Of a stretch of DNA of 64,000 bases, positions 39,020 through 50,985 are shown piece after piece; within the stretch, counting starts at the first letter, position 1; each line of letters begins with the position of its first letter. A model generated the notes under the pieces. That model was not told the origin of the DNA. It saw only the letters and a program-made list of their open reading frames with translations, and made no database searches. A program made the translations under genes and the position numbers. Origin of the DNA: Eledone cirrhosa (taxonomy: Eukaryota); contig OZ024742.1 in the NCBI GenBank assembly GCA_964016885.1, positions 268,398,001 through 268,462,000 on the forward strand. Reading direction: 5' to 3'.

Positions 39020-42000
39020 GAATGCTATGGTTGACGGAGGCTCGGCTCTGTAAGGTATTGTACATTTTGACCGCTATAACAATTGTAAATTGTTTAAAGC
39101 TTTAACCAACTTGTAGACAAAAACACACTCCTCCTCGTGAGAGGGGTCTTTCTGCCCGTTATTTGGCCCTTCGGGGTTAAATAACTGCTTATTGGGGTTT
39201 TGTGCCCAATATTCATTTTAAACAAAAAAAACAACATGGCTACGAAAAAGAATTTTCATAGGTCACTCCCACTCATTCCGTCTTCTTCTTCCTCAATCGT
39301 CACTACAGCAGAGAGAAGATTGTCTCTCTCCCTCCCTTCTTTAAATGTGTCTCTCTCCCTCCCTTTTCTTTCGCAAGTGACGACAGAAAAGAAAAGTCTC
39401 GTGCAAAGCGTGCAAGATTTCTCCACGACGACGACGACAACGACGAAACAGGTGTGCGGGAAATACGAAAACCCATTTCATTCGTCTGACGTCAGGAATA
39501 ATAGCAGTAGCAGCCGTAATAACAACAGCAACAGTGACAATGAAAACAACAGTAGCAGCCGCAACAGCATCAGCAGCAGCAGCATAAACAACAACAGCAT
39601 TAGCAGCAGCAACAACAACAACAACCACAGCAACAGCGGCGGCGGCAGTAGTCGTAGTACCTGCAGCAACAACAAAAGTAACAGCAGCTCTGACGACAAC
39701 AACAACAACAACAGCAGCAAAGAAAAAACAATCTCATTTGCAGGTATCGCAAAGAACCTGGAAACCATCCTCATAACAAATGAGGAATTAGAGGAAGCGA
39801 AGAAGATGGTGACAAAAACTGGACACCGAACAATCTGCAAGGCAGCGGAAAATGTTTCGAAACCCAACAGCACTGTACGGTCATGTACCGTACAGTAAGT
39901 ACAAAATCCCGCAGGGTTCAAAGAGCCACAGAGGCTCAAATACAAAAAGCCTTGGGGTCTGTGTGGCAGCGGAAAACGCACGTCACCCGAGGCAAGAAAT
40001 ATGCCACCGTAGACGTACTTTTTGCCACACCCCATGAGGCAAAGGCTCAATCCTTAGTGACCCTAAGGAGCGAGGAAATGGTGTTGGCGCCCTCCTACTG
40101 CGGGCAAAAACTGTGAGGGTCAAACTGACCCGCGTCCCACCGGGGATGGCCACTTCTTGGCTGGCCGCGTCTGTCCTCGTCGGAATCGAGGACAACACAA
40201 CTGTACTGCAAGTACAGAAAAAAGTAAGAGAAGATTGGGTCGGCACCTCCATTGAGATGTTAATCCAAACCAACCAGGAGTGCATCGAAGCTATCCCGGA
40301 TGTGATAGTCTTCGATAACGGCAATCAACTGCCCATAAGTGTTGAGGGCAAACGCCCGAAATGCTTTCGCTGTGGATCGAAGACTCACCTCAGGGCCTTC
40401 TGCAACGAGAAGACCCTGAGAAAGGAGAAAACCCCCCTCCTTCCGAAACCAGATCCACGGCTACCAGCAACAGGACAAGAGGCAACCAGGAACGATAGGT
40501 CCGTGGCACCCATACCCACGCCACGGAAATCAAAAGCAGCAGCAGCAGTGGAAGTATTAACAACAACAACAGCAATACCAAATGCAGCTGCAACAGAGAC
40601 TCCAGTGCAAACATCACCAACAACAACAAGTGAAAGAGTGGAGCTGGTACCCCTCCCCGACCTCACAGAATCAGACATGGAGTGTGAGGTGGGAGAGGGA
40701 TGGCAAAAGGTCGTAAGAAGGCACAAACGCAGAAGAAGCGCATCGTCGCCTTTGAAAAGGGAGGAAAGAATGAAAAAAGTGTAAAGGCTACTGCAAAGAG
40801 ACCACAGCAGCAACACCACCAACACCATAACCACCCACACTAGCACCACCATCACCACCGGCGAGAACCCCACCGCTAACAACACCTTCAACATCACCAC
40901 CACAAGCACCAACATCGCAAACACAACAACAAAACACACACACCCAGCAACAACGACAAGAACATAGCAGAACCACACCCCACCCCCAGAAAAATAAATG
41001 CACGGCAATAAATACACACAACAAGAAACTAATGACTTACATAATTAAACACACAGACATTTCACAACACGACTACATAATACCAGCACCAATCAAAACG
41101 CCAACTAACATAAGACTGCTAAAAATAGCACAGAAACAATACACAAACATTAAAACGAAATTCCCCAACGCAGTTGGTGATTTCAGAGACCTAGGAGGGA
41201 CACTCAACCGAAGAGTATATTCGGACATACTCATAGAAGAGCCGACGACCAGCCGATGGGACGATTCAACGGTCCCTTCACCAGACGATCAAGTGAAAAG
41301 GGATGGAAAAACCATCCCTCCTCTAAAAAAAAATACGGTAAGTGGTCTTTCCCATCTTTTCCACTCTATTTTAAACATGACCTCACTCAGAATAGGCAGC
41401 ATAAATGCGCGTGGCTTGGGGTCGTCATGGAAGCAGGGTCACCTGCTCAACAACCTCAGGTCACTAAACATAGATGTAGTGGCCATCAGTGAGACCAGAA
41501 TCTCCGAAGCACGAGCCTTCGCACCGATCTTCGGCGGCTACGATGTGTACGCATCTCCCAGCCGACCTGTATCGGGGGGTGGAGTTGCTGTGCTTTTTCG
41601 GAGAGGTTTGTATCTCGCCATACGGGCCATCTTCCTGGACCCAGAGGGTAAGTTCGTGGTGCTGGACGTGACCAGCGGAGACGGGCAAGCTTTCAGGCTA
41701 GTAGTGGCGGTCTATGCCCCGACAGGAGCAGGGCGGCCTGATTTCTTCCGGGGTCTGGAGACCTTTCTTGGAATGTCCCGCTCTTTAGTGTTAGTGGGCG
41801 ACTGGAACGGGATCTTAGATGCAGGCTGGGACTGTGTGGGATTAGCGGATAGGGGTGGAGGGTGCAAGAGCCTCACCAACCTGCTCAGGCGTTTTGAACT
41901 GTCTGACAGGTGCCGATTGGATATCCCGAATGTGCCAATGTGGACTTGGACAAATCGCATAGGGTCATCCAGATCATATCTAGATAGAGTATTTTGTAGG

Positions 42001-44463
42001 GAAATAGATAGGTCTAGCATAGGCTGTCCACAATTCAAGATAGTCACCTACACGGATCACAAATCGTGATCTGTGTGGTTGACATAGATAGGCTTCATAG
42101 ACAGGGACCCGGCTACTGGAAGCTAAACGCGTCATTAGCAGCGAACAAGACCCACAGAGACCGGATTGGCGAACTAGTTAAGCGGGCATTGGCGGGCGCC
42201 ATCGTCAACAACAAGTCGTGGTTTGCTCTGAAAAGAGCGATTAGTATAGAGTCCATTAGGTTTAGTAAGGCTTTAGCAATAAAGAAAAATAGAGCAGAGG
42301 GAGAACTAGTTAGAAAATTAGACAAGGCGTTTAGCAAAGGCATCGCGACCGACGTGCTTGCGGCGAAATTGGCCCTTGACCAATTCTTCAATGCAAAGCA
42401 CGAAGGCTGCGTTGTGAAAGCTAGGGTGCGTGCTCTCAGAGACGCTGGGACGAAAACCATTAAATGGGCCCGAGTGTCCGAGGCGCGTCGCGGCAACAAA
42501 GCCACGATCCGGTCTTTGGTGGACCACGACGGACGCATGTTACTCGATCCCGGACAAATGTGAGAAGTTTTTCAGCGACACTTCGCTCAGCTGTTTGGGG
42601 GATGCGGCGGGCCGGATCGAGGGATGAACTTTAGTGTCTACCTCGATGGACTGCCGCGGCTCTCGGCTACTGAGGCGGAGTGTTGCGAAAAGCCGATGAC
42701 AGCAGCTGAAATACGGGAGGTAATGACTATCTGCACAAGGGGTAAATCGCCCTGTATGGATGGTCTGCCCTATGAAGTTTACGGACAAATGCCAGACTTT
42801 TTCGAAGGCCTCTTGACGGATGTCTACTGCACCTGGCAATAGAATGGGAGAATTCCCAGCTCTGTGAGCCGAAGAGCGATGGCGCTGCTGAGAAAAGATC
42901 AGAACAAGGGGGTTAACATAGATAATTTCAGGCCCATAACTCTTCTAAACACAGAGTTCAAGATTTTGGCCAAGGTGCTAGCAAGAGGTTGGCGCTTGTC
43001 ATTGGTGGTCTGGTGGGGGAGGCGCAGACATGTGCCATTCCATACAGATCCATCCATGACAACCTCCACCTCATGCGATACGTCGTAGAGAGGGTAGCTA
43101 GGGAACCTGGCACGGGTGGGCCTTGATCAATTTAGATCAGTCAAAAGCTTTCGATAGGGTCGACCATCGTTACCTAGCGGCAGTCCTGAGGGCGGCTGGC
43201 TTTGGGCCCGTCTTCAGAGGCTGGATCGCTGCCATGCACTGACCGTCGTACCTTGCCTAAGCCTCGCCTGACTGCGCTGGAGCGTTTGCTCTTTCGCCTT
43301 TTGTGGAAGGGACGCGCTCCGATGGTCAGGCGGTCCATCTGCTGTCAACACCCGTTACGTGGCGGGCTGGGAATGCCGTGGCTGATGATGCGCAGACACG
43401 CGCTCAGGCTACGACATATCCACCTCTTCCTCGACAGTGATTAGGTGTGGTCGCCGTTTGCTAGACACGTATTTCCCCAGCTCGTTTCCTTGACGGAGCT
43501 GCAGTCCTGGGTCAAGCGAAAACCGAGAGGGAGCGCCTGGAGACTGGAATGTCTTCAGGCGCTCACAGCTCTCGACCAATCGGGCAATGTGATCGGTGGA
43601 AACTCCACCTCGGCGTTCTATAGAGGATTAGTGGAGGGGAAGAGCGACGACGTACTTGGGGAAACTCTAGGCGTCGACGAAAATCAACTAGCCAATGTCT
43701 TCGGAAGAACTTTCGGGCCAGGACCTATGGACAACTTCCAGAAATCTCTGGCCTGGCAGTGCTACTGAGGAGCCTTGTCAGTTCGGGATAAACTCTACAG
43801 GCATGGAGGTGCCGTCACCTGGGTATGTCCGAGATGCGCGCAGAGCGACGAAACCGTCCTGCACGCACTCGTCCAGTGTCCGAAAATTGCTGACTTGTGG
43901 GTTTATGTCGAACACCTGCTGTCGCGTGTTGGACGGATCCGGCTATCATCTGAGTCCATCGTGAGGATTTCCCCGCCCTCTTCCTTTAGCCGGGAAGGGC
44001 AGGCATTTTTTTCTGTCTGGTGGCCATGGCGAAAGAGATAGTATGGTGGACACGTTTGAAAGGGCTGAAGACGAGCACTTACCTCTTCGGTGATGCTCTG
44101 ATTGACTTTTTCAAATTTCATTTGAAAAGGAAAATTAGAGTAGAGAGGGAAGTGCTCTCTTCCCAGCATTTTGTTGAAAGATGGGTGAGAGAAGCAAGAA
44201 TGGCCCGAGTGAATGGGCCTACTCTGAGTATATATCTGTTACTGTGGCCTTTTACTGGGCTTTCTCCACAGATGTCCCTCCGAAGACTCCCCCCTATTGG
44301 GGAATTTTTCATTGTTATTTTTTGTTACATCCTCTGTTTTTGTTTTTTACACGCAGAAATGCCCATTTGTACCGTCCTGTATGGTGCTGCACTGTCCTTA
44401 ATGTTTACTTTATGTAAACCCTTGTGGTTAATAAAGAAATACTAATTATTATTATTATTATTA
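39020..44463 (+). mobile_element. Tx1-like LINE copy I (ORF1 from 39236; ORF2 from 41377 with ~550-bp RT deletion at ~43240)
   Basis: Knuckle CFRCGSKTHLRAFC; complete EN domain to TDHKS; CPRCAQSDETVLHALVQC; AATAAA at ~44430; (ATT)n on both flanks. Confidence 0.95.
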
Positions 44464-46423
44464 CAGTTGCATTTATCTTGCTTTATGTTCATACGAGTTA
44501 TCACCAAGTCACAACCAGTGACCTCAAAAGACAACAAGGTCCGCCATGTTCAAGAAAGAACATACATACTCACACATGCATCTTTAGTGTTTAGACTTGT
44601 GATGTACTTATATTGACAGACTCTTCCTTAGTATATGGGCAGTTCCCATTAGTACTATCTTTTGTATTTCTCCTATACGCGGGTTTCCTGGGATTTGCGA
44701 TAAGTAATTATTAGACCCCTTAGGTATCATTCCAAGAGCGCCTACAACCACTGGTATTGTTTTAGTTCTCAATTTCCACATTTTTCCAATTTCTATCTCC
44801 AGGTCCTTATACTTGCTCAAATTTTCAAATGTTTTTATAGATACATTCTTGTCTATTGGAAATTGGAACAGACATATCAATTAGCAGGCAAACCCTCTTT
44901 TTAAAGTCCTTCAATATTATATCAGGTCTATTTGCATCTATTTTTCGGTCTGTTTGGATGCTAAAGTTCCACAAGATTGATATGTGATCTGTTTCAAGTA
45001 TGGGTGGTGGTTGATGCTCCCACCAATTCTTTTGATGGGGCAGGTCAAAATGCTTACACATTATCCAATGGATGTATTGTGCAGCTCTGTCATGCCTGTT
45101 TAGGTATTCGGTTGGAGCTGTAGGACTGCACATTGAAATTATATGATCAATGGTCTCTGGTTGTTTTTTGCATACACGGTATAATGGGCTGCATCCATTT
45201 TTTATTATGTTGGCTTGGTAATTTTTTGTTGGCAGACACTGATCTTGTGCTGATATAATCAGTCCTTCAGTCTCCGATTTAGGTCCAGAGGATGCCAACC
45301 ACTGATGGGTTAAAGTTTTGTCAACATCAGGATTGTTAGCTCGCTCTGGGTATTTTCCATACAGAGGCTTTTCTTGCCATTTCTTAGCCAGTTTCTATAG
45401 CAGTTCTTTCTTTGCAGTTACTTTTACCTGCTTTGCTTTTTCTGTGTTTTCCATTTCAGCAGTAAATGGGACTTCTGAAATTTCTATTCCATTACTGTAT
45501 CTTTGTGCATCTTTTGTAATGGAATATGATCTTTTGATGATTTCGTGTTTTAAAACGAGTTTGATCATCCAATCATGTGATTCCCTTAGATATGTAGATA
45601 ATCCAATTGTTGCAGTTTTCAACGCAATGTCTAACTGGATTAACCCACGTCCACCTTCTTTCCTAGGGAGATATATTCTATCTATATCTGCCTTAGGGTG
45701 ATGCATTCTGTGCATGGTTAAGAATTTTCGAATTTTTGTATCGAGCCTACGGATCTCTGTGCTTGACCAGTTGATGACATTGTAACTGTAGGTTACTACT
45801 GGTATGGCAAGCGTGTTTATGGCATCGATCCTATTCCTTGCATTCAATTCCGTTCTTAAGATTGCTCTTACTCTGCGGTAACATTCCTTCCTTATATTTT
45901 CCCTCATTGTCGAGTGCTTGATTCCGTCTCCTTCACAAACACCTAGACATTTGTAAGTTTTTTCTTGATCAAGTTGTCTTATCACGTTCCCCCGATCAAG
46001 ATTAATGTCTGAACTTTTCAGCAGCTTTGCTCTGGTGAACGTTGCTTTGGCGCATTTATCTAGTCCAAACTCCATTTTAATGTCATCACTGAACTGCTCC
46101 ACAGTGGATAATAGCCCTTGCAATTGTTCATCATTTTTTGCTAATATTTTCAGGTCATCCATGTAGAACAGGTGATTAATGGTTTTGTCATAGACTTTAT
46201 ATCCATGTTTTGTTTCAATGAGCATTTTACTTAATGGTATAAGTGCGATGCAGAATAAAAGCGGTGATAAAGAGTCACCCTGAAAAATTCCACAATTAAT
46301 ATTAACTTCTCCAGCTTCCAGTGATTTTGTTTCACTATTCAAAAGGAGTGTCGTTTTCCATGTCTTCATACTGAATGACAAAAACCTCCTGACAACGGGG
46401 GATATTTTGAAAATCTCTAAACA
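44464..46423 (-). mobile_element. R4/Dong-clade element (second subfamily), 5'-truncated: RT, CCHC, REL
   Basis: GIFQGDSLSP, LFYMDDLK, PRKEGGRGL, ETIDHIISMC, RHD, NRPDIIL..D, EIEIGKMW...PVVVGALG. (ATT)n on both sides. Confidence 0.93.
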
Positions 46424-46455
46424 TTATTATTATTATTATTATTGTTATTGTTATT

Positions 46456-47150
46456 CCTTGAATCTCAGTCATTGATGTTGGTTAACTGGAAAGTCCGTTG
46501 GATTGAATATCATAAAGGTTCATAGGTCTCCCACTATCATTGTTCAACTCATCTACCACTAAATTTAGGATGTCAACCGAATCTTGTCCTAGCCCGTCAG
46601 CATTCATCTCCTCAGTGGCCGTATCTCTGTTCCAGGTATTATTTATCTCAGTATTCAGATCATTGTCTGCTTCGGGTGGTTCCTCCGTTCTCAGGACCTC
46701 CTCACCTTCATTTCCCGCCGGCTCGCTTGTCTGGCATACTACACCCGCCATCTCCAAGCCATTCTCTCTGCTCAGTTCCTCCAGTTCCAGCTCGCTTATC
46801 CACCCATTAGTTCTTATTACCCGAGCCTGCCCGGCCAATTTTTGTTCATCTAATTTAAATAAACCAATCTCGTTCCAGCTGTTATGCATCCGTCTCCTGT
46901 AGCCCCTCTCCTTGGGGTTACTTTTCAGGTAGCATTGCATAACAGTTCTATTCAATTCTTTCGTCCAGTTGGTTCTGGCCCCTTTCCTTCTTCTTCTTCC
47001 TCCAACATCAGCAGTATTTGGTTGACTGTCAGGTTCCTGCTGCTGAGCCAGGGGGCACCTGTTGGGTGAGAGTCTGTCACATGACGTTCTAGTCTCCATT
47101 TCACCGTTATTCGAACTGTTTATGTTCGATATTTAAACACTCTTATCGAG
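46456..47150 (-). mobile_element. R4/Dong-derived bipartite element: ORF N-terminus joined to 3' UTR end
   Basis: ORF 46482-47099 has WTKELNRTVMQCY...RGYRRRM...EQKLAGQARVI..NGW, typical of R4/Dong N-termini; 46456-46512 is identical to 48265-48321. Confidence 0.8.
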
Positions 47151-47299
47151 GATTGGCGAATGTATGTTTACATAGCCATCTGTGGATCCGCCATCCCACT
47201 TGGCCCTGTGTGGCATTATCACCACGCTGTATACGAACACACATAAACAAACAAACACACGGGCAGAAAGGGCCCCAAAAATGAATAAGCATAAGTTTC

Positions 47300-48178
47300 A
47301 TTGTAATGTAGTATTCGAATGTCTGACTTAGTTTTTGTTTTTTAAGTTTTACTTTTTCCCCCCTCTTCTCTGTCCGTCCGCCTGCTTCTCTCTTTATTCT
47401 TATTTTCTTTACGTTTTGGGGGTTTCTTTTTTTGTTTTTGTTTTTCTCTGTTTGTTTTTCTCGTTTTTTGCTGTTGTTGCTGTGCTGCTTTGGTTTTGTT
47501 GTTTGTTTTTTCTTTTTTCTTTTGAGTCTATCTATATATTTTGATGCCTTCCTCTTTGTTAGTAGTAGGAATTCTATAATGTGGAAGTGGCAGCCAGCAG
47601 GGAGAAGTGGGAGACTGGCGGCGTTGGCGATACTGAGACAGTGGTGGTGGTGATGTCGATACCGAGGCAGTGGTGGCGGTGATGCGACCGTATTACTGTA
47701 GTGATGGTGCTGTAGCGGTGGCAGCAGCAGTGAAGGAGTCAAGGGGTGGTGGCGGCGGTGATGGGATAGTGGTGGTAATGATGGCCGTAGTGAGCGGTGG
47801 CGGTGAAGGTGAAAATGCTGTTGTGTTTAGTGTACACAGATGATGGGGTGGGTGGTGTATCTAGTTTCTGGTGTTGGTGAGTTTAGCTGTCCTATATAGT
47901 GTAGCCAGAGGAGAGGAGGGGGGGGGGGTTCTTCTTCTTCCATTTATAGCCATTTTCTTTTTTGGATATACAGTGTAAAATACAAAGTTGAATATTTGAA
48001 TATTTGAGCCTTATAACAATATATTTTGGGTCCGAATTTTTTGGGGCTCAAGCCGGGTGCTTTACGTAGCATTTGTACTAAGAGTTGTTATTTCACAAAT
48101 GATTTAAATATGTTAAAAATTCAAAACTTACGGGAGCGATTTCATGACCTCCGTCACCTCGTGCGTCTTCTTCCCTAA
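47300..48178 (-). mobile_element. Possible decayed Tx1-like 5' UTR/ORF1 start on the minus strand
   Basis: AT-rich leader with a ggcttgagcc hairpin, aaaatggct start, C/A-rich low-complexity tract, PLLP and K-rich segments like ORF1 of other copies; no core domain. Confidence 0.35.
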
Positions 48179-48202
48179 TTCTTCTTCTTCTTCTTCTTCT
48201 TC

Positions 48203-48243
<41 letters not shown>

Positions 48244-48264
48244 GTTATTATTGTTATTGTTATT

Positions 48265-48855
48265 CCTTGAATCTCAGTCATTGATGTTGGTTAACTGGAA
48301 AGTCCGTTGGATTGAATATCAAGCCACTACCTGCAGCCTCAGATATTCAGGACGTATCGGAGGGTTCTTGCCGTTCCAAGCAAGCATGCCTTTTGAAGCG
48401 TTCCAAAAAGCGTGAAGGGGCCGATTTTCTTTAACCATCCCTGGAAACCTTTGGAGATAGTCCCCAGTGCGCCTATGACAATCGGGATCACTTTGACTTC
48501 ATGGCAGTTCCAAATCCTTTTCACCTCCCACTTTAGGTCCTGGTATCGGTTAATTTTCTCCCTCTCCTTCTCTTGCACTCTCGTGTCGAACGGGCAGGCC
48601 ACATCCACAATCAGGCACGATCTTTTTTCTTTGTCCACAACCACCAGGTCAGGTCTATTGTGTTCCAGTTTTTTGTCCGTCTGTATCCTAAAATCCCACA
48701 GCACCTTCACCTGACTGTTCTCCATCACCGCCTCTGGCCTATGCTCATACCATTTCTCAGAATGTGGTAGATTGTTTACTTTGCACAGGTGCCAGTGGAT
48801 CACCCTGCCCATCACATCGTGTCTCCAGCCCTTATAGTGGGTCTGGGCTAGGTAT
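48265..48855 (-). mobile_element. R4/Dong-clade element, 5'-truncated (REL domain and 3' UTR)
   Basis: WDFRIQTDKKLEHNRPDLVV...DVACPFD...RYQDLKWEVKRIW...PIVIGALG; (ATT)n at 48205-48264 and 48856-48949. Confidence 0.93.
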
Positions 48856-48857
48856 TC

Positions 48858-48949
<92 letters not shown>

Positions 48950-50985
48950 GAAGGGGAACCCACGCTTCTTATCGTCTCCAGATGTTAGAGCAATTTACCT
49001 CGTTTTCAACCGTTCTTAACCTTTTATTCAACTTCTAAACTTGATAAAAGTTTTGAAGATGTGACCCACCTAATACAGGGGTTCACCGTAAATAATACGG
49101 CACACCTTTATGGAGTGTTGTATGATGTGAACAAAAAATATTTGAAAAAAAAAAAAAATTCTTACAACATGGATAACTCAAGAAAGAGAGAGAGGAGCGC
49201 TGTCAGACAACACAGAGAGAGGGGGACTTTGCCAACAAGTCAACAAGACAGCGTTATAGCGAAGAAAATATTACGAAGAGGAACAATATAATTTTTAATT
49301 GTATTGCTACAGATTTAAAATTACCAAATATTATTAACACAAACAACAACACCATAAATAACAACAGCAACAACAAAAATAACAGCGGTGAGGTAGAGAA
49401 CGACAATAACAATGACCATAACAACAGCCACAACAACAATAATACTGGAAACCGTATCAACAAAAACAACAATAATAACAACAGACATAATAACAGTAAC
49501 AGCAGCAACAGTAGCAACAAAAACAACAACAATGACATCGATACCTGTAACAGCGATCTCAGCACCACCTGCAAGACCAGTAGCGGAAGCAATAGTGGTG
49601 CCGCTGAAAAAGGGACCATTTCTTTTGCAGGTTTGGCCAGAAATATGGAAACAGTGTTAGTCACAGAGGAGGAAATGGCAGTCGCAGGGCCATGGTGACA
49701 AGAAACGCCAATAGAGATTCCTTGAATCTTCCACCCGATTTTTTCAAGGACCAGCAGCTACGGACGGAGACTTACCGCACCGTAAGCAAAATGTCACATC
49801 AGTAGGAGAGATCCACAGAGGCTCAAATCCCAAAGGGCTTGGGGTGCGCGCAAATCCCACATCACCCAGACAGAAAGTATGCCACAGTGGACATACATTG
49901 CGCTACCCCCCAAGACGCTCAATCCCAAAGGCCTTGGGGTGCGTCTGGGCGCGCAGAACCCGCATCACCCGAGGCAGAAAGTACGCCACAGTAGGCGTAC
50001 TTTTCGCCACCCACCAAGAATCGAATTCCCACTCTTTGGAAACACTTAAGAATGAGGAGATAGTCTTGATGCCCTCCTACTGCGGGCAGAAAATTGTGAG
50101 GGTCAAAGTCACCCAGCTCCCAGCCGACGTGCCCATACCTTGGCTGGCCGCGTCTGTCCTTGCTGGAATTGAGGACAGGACGACCATGCTACAAGTAGCG
50201 AAAATAGGGAGAGAGAACTGGTCAGGTATAGGCATGCAAATGCTTATACAAACTGACCAGGAGTGTATCGGGGTTATCCTCCATATCGTAGACCTCGAGA
50301 AAGGAGTCCAACTCCCTATAAGCGTGGAAGGAAGACGGCCAAAATGTTATCTCTGCGGGTCAAAGAGTCACCTCAAGGCCTTTTGCCCGCAGAAGACAGC
50401 GAAGAAGAAGCCCCCTCCTTCTTCCAATGTCTGGTGCGCTGCTACCAAGAGCAGGGCAGGCAACAGTTGCAGAAGACCCTTCCACGGTGAGTAGGAGGGC
50501 AACGTCTGTGGCACCCGTACCAAGGCCACGGACAACTAAAACAGCGGAGGCAGTGGCGGGAACACCACTAGCTACATTTGCAGCAGCTGCAGCAGCAACA
50601 CAATCGCCAGAGAGGGTTCCACTACCACCACCAACAGCCGTGGAGCACATACACCTCCCAGACGCCACGGAATCCGTCATGGAGTCTGAGGCGGGAGTGA
50701 AGTGGCAAATGGTCTGCCACAAAAAAACAAAAAACAAAAAAAAAACCTAGTATCTCCCTCCAAAAGCGAAGGTAAACAGAGATGTGTAAAGGTTGCAAGG
50801 TGACTCGCAACAACGCCACCACCATCACCACCAACAACCACCACACCACAAAGATCAACATTGCAGACACAACAAGACAAACATAGCCAACAGCAGCAAC
50901 AAGAAAACAGCAAGAAAACCAATCCCCCCCAAAAAACATTACACAGCCATAAACATGGCAAATAAAGAACGCTTAGAACATATAA
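48950..50985 (+). mobile_element. Tx1-like LINE copy J, 5' part (5' UTR and ORF1)
   Basis: ISFAGLARNME; PWLAASVLAGIEDR; CYLCGSKSHLKAFC; close to ORF1 of copy G; starts right after (ATT)n. Confidence 0.9.

Noticed and set aside
39120-39205. HDV-like ribozyme in the copy I 5' UTR (TCCTCG, long P4-like stem)
   Set aside because: Could not build P1, P3 or the P1.1 GG; kept only as hairpins.
41320-41379. Programmed frameshift joining ORF1 and ORF2
   Set aside because: The relative frame differs between H and I, and H lacks the A-run.
47100-47235. HDV-like ribozyme at the mini-Dong 5' end
   Set aside because: No consistent pseudoknot found by eye.
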